Shown here: positions 28,667-40,700 of the stretch, piece after piece
Numbering within the stretch: position 1 is the stretch's first letter
How the letters are laid out: every line of letters starts with the position of its first letter
IMG/VR virus record: IMGVR_UViG_3300034101_006340
Coordinates: 64,001 to 128,000 of that record
DNA: 64,000 nucleotides
Source of the DNA: a virus
Strand: one strand, 5' to 3'
The notes under the pieces: generated by a model
Database searches by the model: none
What the model was told of the DNA's origin: nothing
The model's input: the letters and a program-made list of their open reading frames with translations, nothing else
Translations under genes and position numbers: made by a program

Positions 28667-30201
28667 ATATATCCTTTTTGGTATTCCCACGAAATTGTTT
28701 TACTATATTTCCCGCCCAAAACATCAAAACTTTCATTATTTTCTGTAATCCAACTAAAGTATTTTGGACCTCTAGGATTGTTGTTTGCAAGAGCCAGACC
28801 ACTTGGGTCAAATTCTCCCATAACTTGATTAATTCTTGTTTTCAAAGTGGCTGTAATGCCAGTAGGAGAAAACGGCCTAGGAAATGTAGCACTATATGTG
28901 ACTGATCTTTTAGAATTTGAATAAGTGCCTTGATCTTGAGCTAATGGCATTCTATAAAAAATATCTGGGAAATTATACGTTCTCAAAGCATAATTATCAT
29001 TCATGTCAATAGACTCATTAATAGCTCCACTAATCATAGCCAACGGTCGTGAATTGTAGCTATAATTATACGATATCGATCCTTGAACAATATCATGATC
29101 CACAGATATACTAGCCGGGAGTGGATTAATACCGGTATGAAAAAGATATCTTCCAGAACTAATAATAGCTTTATATAAACCAGTATTGCCTATCCATGAA
29201 GATAATACTCTATTAAAGATATTGGGTTTTACATGATTAAAGAATCCTCCGCTTGCTGCAAGCCATTTTGTTGAACCATAGCCTTGCGAAGTAGTATCGG
29301 TAGAAAAACTATCGTCGATAGTCTTTGTATAAAGACTAGTAGACAATGGATAAGACGCAAACCCTTGTACTTGCCCAGCAATTTCAACTGTTCTACGTAA
29401 ACTATTATCTATAGTACTGGTAATAGTATATGTGTCTATCCAGCCACTAGATCCAGAATATGCTGCAAAAGTATCTCTGATAGAATACGAACCATTAATA
29501 GGGTCTTTAGAAATTTCTGTTGATCTATCATAGATATATAAACCACTTAATATACTTGAGAATGCAATATTACTATTGGCAGTTAACCCAGAAACACATT
29601 TCACAGCATTTTCTAAAGCCGAAACGGTTTCGGTTTGTATTCCTTGAGCAGAAACTTCTCTAGTTATTGTATATGAAGGAAAATCTAAACCAATAGGTCT
29701 AAATTGAGAACCATTATAGTAAGCATTATCATCGTTTGTAGAAATATTATATGTATTAGTGAAATTAGATACTAGATATCCACTATCAGTTATATAGTTA
29801 ATAAAACCAGTAGAATATACTGATAAATTAATTGTATAATTAATAACTTGTAGCCATTGTTCGTCCGAACTATTTTCAAAAGAAAAACTATCAACTATTG
29901 TTTTTCCTTTTTCGCTTCTGTAAATATCCGTACTACATCGTAACCAAAGCTGTTGATAGTCTTGTTGTACAGCTGCTTGTAATCCTGATAGCTGAACCAT
30001 CAAATTATTGATACTGCTTTTATTTTTAGGAGTCCCGCTCTGATTAATTTCAGAACCAGCAGCATACAAAACACCGTTAAGAGTTATTTTGTCAACTGTG
30101 CCTACTCCATAGCCAGCATCACTACGTTGTATCTCTGTACTAATAGCAATATCAGGAACAGGTATAAAACTATATGTTCCGTATGTTAGTACTGTCGCCA
30201 T
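28663..30201 (-). CDS. Tail structural protein (distal-tail-like), paralog of 27158-28666
   Basis: 512-aa beta-rich ORF in the post-TMP tail region. Confidence 0.6.
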   Translation of the reverse strand: MATVLTYGTYSFIPVPDIAISTEIQRSDAGYGVGTVDKITLNGVLYAAGSEINQSGTPKNKSSINNLMVQLSGLQAAVQQDYQQLWLRCSTDIYRSEKGKTIVDSFSFENSSDEQWLQVINYTINLSVYSTGFINYITDSGYLVSNFTNTYNISTNDDNAYYNGSQFRPIGLDFPSYTITREVSAQGIQTETVSALENAVKCVSGLTANSNIAFSSILSGLYIYDRSTEISKDPINGSYSIRDTFAAYSGSSGWIDTYTITSTIDNSLRRTVEIAGQVQGFASYPLSTSLYTKTIDDSFSTDTTSQGYGSTKWLAASGGFFNHVKPNIFNRVLSSWIGNTGLYKAIISSGRYLFHTGINPLPASISVDHDIVQGSISYNYSYNSRPLAMISGAINESIDMNDNYALRTYNFPDIFYRMPLAQDQGTYSNSKRSVTYSATFPRPFSPTGITATLKTRINQVMGEFDPSGLALANNNPRGPKYFSWITENNESFDVLGGKYSKTISWEYQKGYI

Positions 30202-30225
30202 AATTATAATCCTTATAAATCATCA

Positions 30226-33200
30226 TTAAAGTGACCCAGAAACTGCGGTGCTATCTGGGTGATTTAATTGATGAATGTCCACAGTACAATTCCATAAAAT
30301 ATTAGCATCGCCAACACCCAAAGCATTGATTTGCATTCTTTGGGGCGCAACACCTGTCACAAATGACACAGATAGCGGGGGAGTAAGACCAGAAGTCCAC
30401 GAGCTACTATAGGAAGATGAAGTTCTGAATGATTGACTCTCTGAACCAAGTTTAATAGCTTGATATGCATTACTATCATTACGATAAAATAATACCGCTC
30501 CTTCTAATTTACCAGCAACAGCATTCCAGCCATCGCTAGATGGACCAAGCTCTGTATTACTAACAACAGGACTAATAAGTCCACAGTAAGTAATTGTATA
30601 ATTCCACACCCCAAGAATACCACTTCGTGATAGTTCATTACCGGCTTCTAAAGGATCAAATAATGTATCAATGGATATAGTATTCTGTTTGGTAACAGTA
30701 CCAGCGGATTCTTTAACAAAATCTGTACGTAGCTCAGTAGATGAAGCATTTGTGGTTCTACCTTTGAGCATATGGATAGTTGATTGATTAGATCCTCTAT
30801 AGCTGGTATAAGCAGTGCCATTAAATGGTGTGCCAGCAAAGGTTAGGCTGTTACGAGCGGTATTTAAGCGTCCAGCAGAATTTGGTCCGATGATAGCACC
30901 GGGAACTGCATTAGGATTATCATTACCAAATGATGGTTGGTATAAATATAACCCTTTAGCATTTGTTACCCATCCGCCGCCGTTGTAAACCAGCATTGCT
31001 CCATTACCAGCAGCGCCCATAGCAGTACCACCAGGAGTTGCTGATTGACTAAGACCGATATCAACACGACTAGAAATATCTGTATTGATATATACAGGCC
31101 ATATTCCACTATACACAGTGCTTAAATCAAGAGCGCCACGATAAACCTGGCCGTTATTAGGATTCACTCTTAAATATGTATTAGTAATACTAGAGCTAAA
31201 TCCATTATTTTCAACAAATTGTAAGCCATGGACTCTAGCAGTACCATTTACAAATAGTTTAATATTGTGTTCTTTCCAATCTGTAAGAACACCATCAATA
31301 GTTTTTTGGAATGTTTGCGTTGTTTCTACACCAACAGCTAAACTACCAGACTTTGGATAATAATGGAATCCAAGACCATTACTCGATGAGCCAGAGTTAT
31401 AGATAGAAAATAATTTATCGCTACGCCCAGCATTATTAAATACTGTACCGTGATTAGAAGAGCAGCTTAAGATAATATCACTGCTTCTATCAATTCCTAT
31501 ACCCTGAAATTCAGCGGCTTGTGATGCTGATAAGCCTCCTGTAGCACCTATTGTCATTACAGACGCAGCAGAAAAGAACTTTAGATCATTGCTACCCGAT
31601 TGAGCAGCCAATCTGTTTCCAAACAATATAACATTTGGCGGGGTTGTAGTCGAAGACAATAATCCATCCCCGGCTCGTACTGATAAAAATGTTCCTGTTA
31701 AAGAAGTAGGTAGATTAATTTGTTGAGTAACTGTATGCCTATAGAGATGTCCAGAAACACCAGTAATATTAAATACTTGAACGGCATTATACTGTGGTAA
31801 AGTTTTAAATAGTACTATTCTTGAACCATCGTCTTGATAAATATTAAGATCTGCTAAATCACCAATACCAGAGCCATTAATTCTTACATTATATACGGTT
31901 TCATCGTCTGATGTTTCGTTAATATATAACCCACTAGGAGTTAATGTAAAGCCCTCAAACGAGTTAGTTCCTCCTCCAATGGCTGGTAGAGTATATATAT
32001 AATTCACATGCTTACTAGCATTAGTCAAAGAAAATACATCGGAACCGCTTCCAACCTTGTCATTAACTTTGAATAATATACCAGCATTAGTACCCGATAA
32101 ATTGACCGGAAATTGCCACGATGCGTTGCCGTTGGCATCAGCAATTAAACTATAACCAGATACCGTACTTAATCCAACTCTTAAACCACTGGTAGTAATA
32201 GTTCCACTAACATCAACAGAAGAACTAGGACTAGAGTTGTTAACGCCAACTCGATTATTATTCATATCAATAACGGTTGTGGTACCACCAGACCTACTCT
32301 TAAAAATGACTTGATCTTGTTGAAGACCAGTATTAAATATTATGCGTGAATTATCTAAATAAATTTTATTACTATTGCTAGTACCAATTTGTAATGTATT
32401 ATTAAATGTGCCGCTAATGTTATATCCAATAATAACATTATTAATACCAGTAATATTATTTCTATTGCCTAGAATCATACCTCCGTGATGGTAGTATCTA
32501 TTATTTGATCCTACGACGATATTATTTGTACCATAGTTTTTGGTTCTAGTGACACTATCACTATCTGTTTCTGTAATTTCATATGGAAAAACTATAACAG
32601 TAACAGTTGAGCTTAATTCAGCAAGAGGGTCGTCGAAATTATTTTTAATCCCATATCTAAGTCCATCTGTAGTTATGCCTTCACCAAGATTAATGGTTGT
32701 ATATGCGCCAAATCCTGTGGTGATATAATCAACAGCTACTCCACCATCTGGAGTAACAATTAGTCTATTATAGACATAAGAAGCCGCTATGGGATTATAG
32801 ACTACCACTAGAATTCTTTGACCAGCTTGATAGTATGCTCTAACGTCTCCATTTATAGTTAAAGTTGTGCCGTCTACAGTTCCGATATGTCTTGTTGATC
32901 CAATAATATTATTAGAACCATATACAAGATTTTTTGTACCATATAAATCATTGTTGTCTCCAACACAAATACCGCTAACAACAATTTCATTATCTCCAAA
33001 TAAAATATTGCCGCTACCAAATGAGTAAACGTCTCTTTTTGAAGGATTATTAACTATAGATGCTGTACCAACAACCGTTGATCGTCCACCAAATATATTG
33101 TTATAATTACCATTTACAAAATTACTATTGCCAATATTTTGAACGTACGAAGCGTTTTTTATATTATTAAAAGAACCAAGAACATTAAGATTATTACCAG

Positions 33201-34761
33201 ACACATAGTTTTTATTACCAAATATAGATCCATTAGTAATAGTATATCCAAAATTATTAACACCAACAATTATGGTGTTATTCAGAGTTCCAAAAACCCC
33301 GGAAGAGGTTCCCGAAACTTCGCCCTGACTATTGATACCTAAACCGCTGTTATTATTTAATCCGCCCACAATAATATTATTATTACTAGTTAATGCAGCA
33401 TAATTATCTGGACCTAATACAACATTATTTTTGACAGTACCACTTAGATTATTTTTACTACCTAATACTAGAGAGTTAACAATATCCGAAGCTATATTAG
33501 TTTGTCCCACCATAACCAAGCCGGTCGCACTACCAGCCGACGTATTATTATCAATGCCAATAAGAACACTAGAGTCAAGCTCATTAATAACCTGATTATT
33601 TAGCCCCATGATAATTGTTTTATCGCTATTTACCAAACTCATACTATTACCAATAAATAATCCACTATTTACATTGCTAATGATATTAGTATTACCAACA
33701 GAAACAATATTGGAACCGCTAGCTTTTGTGGCACTGCCATAAATAATATTATTATTACCAGTAACGGAGGTATTAGATCCTATCGATGAATTATTTGAAC
33801 CTATAACTCTAACAGTATTTCCTATAAATAAATTACCATCTCCTGTGATGCTAGCTATTGAACCAAATCCTATTCCGGATGCTCCGCTAACAGAAGCATT
33901 GTTGGCAATCAATAAATTGTAATGTGATCCAGAATTAGTTGTGATACTATTGCCAAGAATAATACTATTACTGCTATTTAGTCTAGCATCATTAGCTATA
34001 AGTATAGAATCATTTCCGGTACTAACAATATCGTTTCCAAATAAAACTATATTATTACCACTAACAATTGCTAAATTAGATACACATATCACTTCTGTAG
34101 AATTTAAAGAAATATTATTGCCTAATAATAAACCAGAAGTTACAGTTCCACTATTCTTAGAACCAACATTAACATAAACTAAACCAGATAAATTATTAGA
34201 TCCACCAATAATATTATATGAATATCCAGTAATAACATTTAATCCACCAAGAACTACGCTATTGGTGTTGGCTTTAAAAATTTCAGACGATGTGCCAGTA
34301 TGATCAACATAAAATAAGATTTCACCACTTGTTTGAGATGTTGCGGGATTAAGTATGCGTGATTTGATTTGACCATAGTAAATAGTTTGATCGTTAGTAT
34401 TTTTACCAGCCAAATCAATAGTAGCAGGAAAACTACCAGTCGATGCTGCTGTTCCAGGATTGTGCAGTAATAATACTCTAACTCCAGTAGCACAATTAGT
34501 TATGCTTTCTATTTTAAGTCCATCGCTAGAGCAAGGCGCTACAACATGCAAAGCACTATCTGGATCATTAACATTAATACCTAGTCTACCAGTTGAAGCA
34601 TCATAATATAAAAACTTTCCGACTCCAGTGCCGGAAACTGCAAAATCAATATCTAATGCTCTATTATTAAAAACAGTAGCTAAACCAGATGATTCTGATA
34701 AAATGATATCATATGGAGTACCAGAACCAATATTTAAAGTACCTGATATAACATTAGACAT
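30226..34761 (-). CDS. Tail fibre-like protein with Asn/Gly beta-helix repeats
   Basis: RLGINVNDPDSALHV and RVGVNNSSPSSSVDVSG fibre motifs; long run of ~14-aa G-x-N-N-x-x-I-G repeats (YadA-head-like); directly follows the TMP. Confidence 0.7.
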   Translation of the reverse strand: MSNVISGTLNIGSGTPYDIILSESSGLATVFNNRALDIDFAVSGTGVGKFLYYDASTGRLGINVNDPDSALHVVAPCSSDGLKIESITNCATGVRVLLLHNPGTAASTGSFPATIDLAGKNTNDQTIYYGQIKSRILNPATSQTSGEILFYVDHTGTSSEIFKANTNSVVLGGLNVITGYSYNIIGGSNNLSGLVYVNVGSKNSGTVTSGLLLGNNISLNSTEVICVSNLAIVSGNNIVLFGNDIVSTGNDSILIANDARLNSSNSIILGNSITTNSGSHYNLLIANNASVSGASGIGFGSIASITGDGNLFIGNTVRVIGSNNSSIGSNTSVTGNNNIIYGSATKASGSNIVSVGNTNIISNVNSGLFIGNSMSLVNSDKTIIMGLNNQVINELDSSVLIGIDNNTSAGSATGLVMVGQTNIASDIVNSLVLGSKNNLSGTVKNNVVLGPDNYAALTSNNNIIVGGLNNNSGLGINSQGEVSGTSSGVFGTLNNTIIVGVNNFGYTITNGSIFGNKNYVSGNNLNVLGSFNNIKNASYVQNIGNSNFVNGNYNNIFGGRSTVVGTASIVNNPSKRDVYSFGSGNILFGDNEIVVSGICVGDNNDLYGTKNLVYGSNNIIGSTRHIGTVDGTTLTINGDVRAYYQAGQRILVVVYNPIAASYVYNRLIVTPDGGVAVDYITTGFGAYTTINLGEGITTDGLRYGIKNNFDDPLAELSSTVTVIVFPYEITETDSDSVTRTKNYGTNNIVVGSNNRYYHHGGMILGNRNNITGINNVIIGYNISGTFNNTLQIGTSNSNKIYLDNSRIIFNTGLQQDQVIFKSRSGGTTTVIDMNNNRVGVNNSSPSSSVDVSGTITTSGLRVGLSTVSGYSLIADANGNASWQFPVNLSGTNAGILFKVNDKVGSGSDVFSLTNASKHVNYIYTLPAIGGGTNSFEGFTLTPSGLYINETSDDETVYNVRINGSGIGDLADLNIYQDDGSRIVLFKTLPQYNAVQVFNITGVSGHLYRHTVTQQINLPTSLTGTFLSVRAGDGLLSSTTTPPNVILFGNRLAAQSGSNDLKFFSAASVMTIGATGGLSASQAAEFQGIGIDRSSDIILSCSSNHGTVFNNAGRSDKLFSIYNSGSSSNGLGFHYYPKSGSLAVGVETTQTFQKTIDGVLTDWKEHNIKLFVNGTARVHGLQFVENNGFSSSITNTYLRVNPNNGQVYRGALDLSTVYSGIWPVYINTDISSRVDIGLSQSATPGGTAMGAAGNGAMLVYNGGGWVTNAKGLYLYQPSFGNDNPNAVPGAIIGPNSAGRLNTARNSLTFAGTPFNGTAYTSYRGSNQSTIHMLKGRTTNASSTELRTDFVKESAGTVTKQNTISIDTLFDPLEAGNELSRSGILGVWNYTITYCGLISPVVSNTELGPSSDGWNAVAGKLEGAVLFYRNDSNAYQAIKLGSESQSFRTSSSYSSSWTSGLTPPLSVSFVTGVAPQRMQINALGVGDANILWNCTVDIHQLNHPDSTAVSGSL

Positions 34762-34776
34762 TTTGTTTTCTTTCTA

Positions 34777-37700
34777 TTATTGTTGGCCTTCTTTAGAATC
34801 TTTATTACTATTCTCCCATTGACGTATCGCATCTTGTACAATATTACCTAGCGGACCTTCTATTAATGCTTTGAGAGCATCAGCACCATTAACATTAATA
34901 TCCCAAGGCTTATTTTGTACCAAATTAACATTAACTTCCGGAGGAATATTTAACTGTTGTAGTTGTTGAACAAATGTATCAAATTTTTGAGCAAATGTCG
35001 CCAAACCGGCCAAACCACCCTGAGCACCTCCTGCGCCCTGAGCAGCTTCACCATTACCATTTACACCGCCACCGCCTCCTCCTGCTAATGCTTGATTTAG
35101 CTGTGTGATTGTTGCTCCATATTGTACTAAAACTTGATTAACACCAGTTAATAACGTTCCAAATATAACCATTTGTTTATTAACATCACCATAAGAACTA
35201 GGATCAAAAGCTGCTTGTGACGCTTGGCCAACAGCTTGTTGTACTTGTGGAGAAATTGCTGGCGCTCCACCAGGACCGCCGCCTTGAGCCTGCTGCCCCA
35301 TCATGGCTTGTTCACGAGCATTGGGATTAGCTTGTTGTTGTTCAGCATATGCTTGTTGATATGAAACACCTTTGGTTTTGGAGCTTGAATATGCGTCTCT
35401 TCTGCGTTGCATTTCCGCCTCATAAGAGTCTTTTCTTTCTTTCATCTGGTCCTTATAAGATTGTCTTCTGCTAGCCATTTCGTCTTCATATGCCTGCCCC
35501 CCTTTTTTAAGATATACAGTACCACCACCACTATAACTATTACTGTTAATAGATCTTAATAAACCTAGATTTTTTTGCGTAGCTTTACGATTAACAACAA
35601 ATTCACCGGGAGTCAACATAGCTGGAACAGTATCAGTACCTCGTGGTTGATAGTTAACCAATGTTCCAGTACTAGCATAAATTAATCCGCCAAAAGCTTT
35701 ATTCTGTGCTCGTGCGGCTCTGTCTGCTATTCTTCTCTCAGCGCCTTTCTGAAAAGCCGCTGCTTGTTTGTTTGCTAAGTCTTTTAGAACAGGATCATCA
35801 CCAGCACACTCGGCCCTAATTTGTGCATCTAATTCTCTCTCTTTGGTTTTTTTATCTTCAAATCTTGCAATTTGTTCTTCTTGATCCAGTTTAACAAATT
35901 TAGTTGATCTTTTCTCACGATCCAAATATGTCTGACTAACACCAGCATTGCGATAAAATATATCCATACCGGGGACAGTTACCGCATACATATTCGGTAG
36001 ATTATTTTGTGCGTCTGCACCGCCATTAGTAGCATTTAAAAGAGTTGTAACAGCATTCTTAAAAGCATCAATTAATGGACTATCTGCTTGTATAGTATTT
36101 ATATCTCCTTTTTCTCTACGAAATTCATTTTCTATTTTAAATCTTGGAGATGCTTCTAAAAGCTCTTTACGACCCAAACCGGAAGACTGCATAGCTTCGT
36201 CTTCTCTTGCTAAGGATGTTTTTCTAAAACCGTCCATTATTTCTCGTAATCTACTAGAATAATCCATTCTAATTTGACGAGCATTTTTTGCTCTATCTTC
36301 ATCGTCTGGATTCATCTTAGCTTCTTCTTCTGCTCTAACAGCTGCTCTCTCGCTTTGTGCATCTCTTTCCAGACGAGATTTTTTCTCTGCAACACATTGA
36401 TAAAATCCTTGTCTATTCGATTCTGCATCTGCTCTGGCTCTTGCTGCTCTGTCTCCTTGTTCTTTTAGTTTAGCCAAATCTTCTCCTTGAACAGCTCCTA
36501 TGGCATCAAAAGCCGAAGCCACAGAATCAAGATTTGGAATACCTCCATCTTGCAAATAAACCACTCCGCCTTTACTCATTGCTCTTTGTCCACTATTGAT
36601 AGCTTTGAGCAACGGCAAATGTTTTTGTGTAGCGGCACGATTGACCACAAATTCCCCAGGAGTTAACATCGCTGGTACGGTGTCCGTGCCTCTTGGTTGA
36701 TATGGGATCAACATACCAGTATTTGCATATACAACTCCGCCACTACTAAGCTGTTCGGGATCTACTTGTAATTGACTGGTATTACCTCTACTACTGGTTT
36801 TTATATTATATCCTTGTCTCCATCTGTCTCTAATTTTATCGTTTTTAGTACTATAATATGTAAATTCTCCTAAGCGATTTCTCCACCAACCATAAGAACT
36901 TTTATATTGACTTTGAGGAGACTTACCTCCTGTAATTTTTCTACCACCTCTTTCCGCTTGTGCTCTTATCGCCCAGTTACGATCTCTCATATCTTCTTCT
37001 TTGCCAGATGGTTGTCCGAATTTAGCTACAGGAGTAAAACCCTCTGCTTCTGGTGCTGCTTCTCCGCGCCTTCTGGCTTTTCCAGCTTCTTGTGCAAATC
37101 CTACTGCTTCTTGATCTTCTACATCTCTCATATCCATTGGCGCTCCGCCAGGAGCAAATGCTGCTGTTCTGGTATGCACCTGAGATGCTGCTGTTCGTGT
37201 AGCAGCTTCTCCTTTTGCTTGTCCAAGAGCATTTCCTCTAACTGATTGATCAACCATAGTGCTTCTTTGATCATATGCGGTTGTACGATATGATCCTTGT
37301 TTATCTTTAGAATAAAATGCTGTTGTGGTAAATAAATTTTTATCAGGCGCTGGTGGCATATTACCAGCGACAATCTGCTGACTAGCAAATTCTTTATAGG
37401 TTAATTCATCATAATAGTTTGGTCTTTCTATTGCTTTTTTAGCCTCGGCTTGCACCTTGGCTTCTTCTTTGAAGTCTTCCGGGCGTGGTGCTTCTTGTTC
37501 TGGTTGACCAATATCGGGCCCGCCAGGGGGGACTTTACCTTCTTCCGGGGGTGGTATTGGTTCTCTGGTCATGGGCCTATCCCGCCCAGCATCTTGAATT
37601 TCTTGAGCCTGTTTCATTAACTGCCATACGGCTAATATTCCAGCAAGTATAGTTAATCCCGTACTAAGTCTCGATTTCTTATTTGATCGAAATGCAATAG

Positions 37701-40700
37701 CATTATCTTTAACAAATTGTGGCCAAGATCTTGGCTTAAAGCCAGGAAAATCGGAATCATCAAAACCCTTAACTAAATTATCATAGTCTGCTGATGGTTT
37801 TTTAGCTCCTGCTTTATTAGCCATATCATCCAAAACTCGTTGTCTCATAGCTGCTACTTTGGTATCGTAAAGCTGTTTACCTAAAGAGTCATCCATCATT
37901 ATTTTGGTGGCTTGATCATTAAGCACAAGATTACCACTGCTATCAATATCAAAACCATTATTTTTAATCTTGGTTAATGTGTCCTGAATTGTTGTGTCTG
38001 GAACTTCGCCTAAAGCTTTTTGTATGGCGCTTGTTTCATTAGCACCTTTTCCTATGGCATCTTTAAAAGCTTGGTCAAAAACAGTATTATTCTTTAGATC
38101 TGCTAAGTTTTTAGTAGCGGCATCTTTTAGAGCAGAACCCGATCCGCTCTGGTAAAATAAATCAACCACTTCGTTACCAATCTTTTTTGTAGACGCTTCA
38201 TAAATCTCTCTAGCATTTTTAACTGCTTCAGTAAATTTTTGAGCTCTCCTACCAGCAAACATTCCTTTAGTATAATATGTTTCTGGACCTTTTACTGTTG
38301 TAGCAGTATCGTCTAATGGTTTCACGCCAGCATCGTCTGCGGCTTTAGCAGTAGCATCATCTGCGGTTTTAGCAGCAGCTCGTTCCGCTTTGATTTTATC
38401 AAGCGTATCTTGGGAATTACGTCTTAGTCTATCAGCTGCTTTTTTAGCTTGTGCCGCATCTCCTCTACGAACAAGCTGTTCATCGAGTTCTATTAATCGT
38501 GCTTTAGCTTCTTGTGTATAAGACCCACCACCACCTTTGCCCCCAGACTTTCTTCCTGCAATAATCTCATCAGCCTGGCCTTGTATTCTTTCTATAGAAA
38601 GCCTATTGGGTGGTACACTATTCCATCCTCCACGAGAGATAAAATCTGCTTCAGCGGCAGTTTTTATATCAACATCAGAGATTGTATCTAAAGACCCATC
38701 TTTAATTCTTTGATTCAAAGCTTTTAGTCTTGCGTTCGCATAATCGATAGGAGCAAAATTATTTCCGTTTCCATCGACAGGATAAGTAAAGTCTGGATCG
38801 CTTTCTCTGCGAATAATACTTTCTGATAATGTTTTTCTTTCATCTACAAATGCTTTAATTTTATCGGCAGCCATTTTAGACTGTTGTTGCATAGGGTCCA
38901 CAACCTGTGTTTTGGCCGGAGTGCCTACTTCATCTGCTGCTTTTGCTGTTTGTTCTACTGTCTCTGTAGCACCTTTTCTAGTTAATATTTTGGCCCGACC
39001 ATCTTTTAATAGTTTACCAATTTTGGTTTTACTAATAAGTCTGCCCGCTGGGCCTGCTGCTAATGCTCCTCCTCCGAGCGCAACATCCGCAATATCAAAT
39101 AACATTTCTGCGGTTCCTGCCGAAGACTTATAACCAGCTTGTTTCTCTAATAGTTTTTCTTTTTCTGTTTTAATTAATTCATCAGCAGCAGAAGCAGCCA
39201 TAATTCCACCAACGCTACCAGCAATAGTAATACCAGCAGTTCCTAGAGCAGCAGCAGTCGCTCCAACAGCAGCGGCTGGTAAAGCTATTGGGGCTGCGGC
39301 AGCTACAGCAGCAGTTAATAAAAGATTTCTTAATCCTATTTGCGATCCTTTTCTAAGGCCTTCATCTCTAATATCTTCTGGTAACATACCTAATTGAGAT
39401 AATTCAGATAATTCTTTTGCCGAGGTGGACTGTACGCCAAGATTCATATCTATTAATCCCTCTAAAGCAGCAGTACTTCCACTACCAGCTATATTTCTTA
39501 GAGAGATAAGATCTTCTAACAAAGATTTTCTTTGTTGGTATTCTGGTTGTTTGGCTTTCCATTTCGGTTTGTTATTTATTAGATACGCTATTTCGTCGGT
39601 GATGGGCTTGGTAGTTTTTGCTGGTGTCCAACGAGGAAGGTTTTCATGTTCTTGACGCAAATCTTTTATTCTTTGATCTATGCCTTTTAGATCAGTTCTT
39701 TTAGACAAAATATCGTGCCATATATCCAATTTTGGTCCCAAAGAACGTACTTGATCTGATGCATCGGTTTGAAATTCTTTTCTATCATTTGTGGTACCAG
39801 CCCAACTAAATAATTCTTTAATATTTTCTCCTATCCACCACGAATCATCCAGATAGGGATTGATGATAGATAAGGTTTGCAGGTCTTTAGACAGAATATT
39901 TGTAAGGTCTATAGAATCTATAGGGCTGTCGGCCCCGCCAGCAACATTGAGACCAGCAAGCATAGCATCGGCTCTACCAAACTGTTTTTTTAGGCCGATT
40001 AATGTTTGAATATCTGTAGAAAATTGTTGCACCCTAGGAATTTTATTACTAGACAGCTTACCTCCCGGTAAAAGATCTTTCTGGATTCTTATCCCCTCTT
40101 GAGTCTCCACCTGTGCCATTGACGAAGACCCTGCTTCAGATAAATCCTTCAAAATATCATTAATTAAAGCCTGTTTCAAATTATCTGGTTGCACACCTTC
40201 TGGTTGCGGAGATTCCATAGTAACTTCTATAGCCTTATTGATACTATTTTTTAGGCTGTCTGATGCTGCAACGGGTTGTTTGGAACCCTCTGCAAGATAA
40301 ACAACTCCTCCTTGACTATATTGATTGGGAGTTGATCCGCTATTAATAGATTGTAATAAGGGTAAATGTTTTTGTGTGGCGGATCTATTTACTACAAACT
40401 CTCCCGGAGTTAACATGGCAGGAACAGTATCTGTTCCACGAGGCTGAAAATTAATCAGTTTACCAGTACTAGCATAGACTACTCCACCCGTAGCTAAAGG
40501 TTGTGGTTTTTCCAAACCCATAGCGGCAGCACGAGAAGTAAACCAATTCAAACTTGGTAATGGGCCGAGATTATTAGCTAAACCAAATAATACCTGTGCT
40601 TCTTGGGCTTTTTGATATATATCTTGACCAGCTTTATTATAGCTGTCTATAAATTCTGCCATTCTAGCAGCATTGTCCGGCTGTGCTTTAGTATCAAAGA

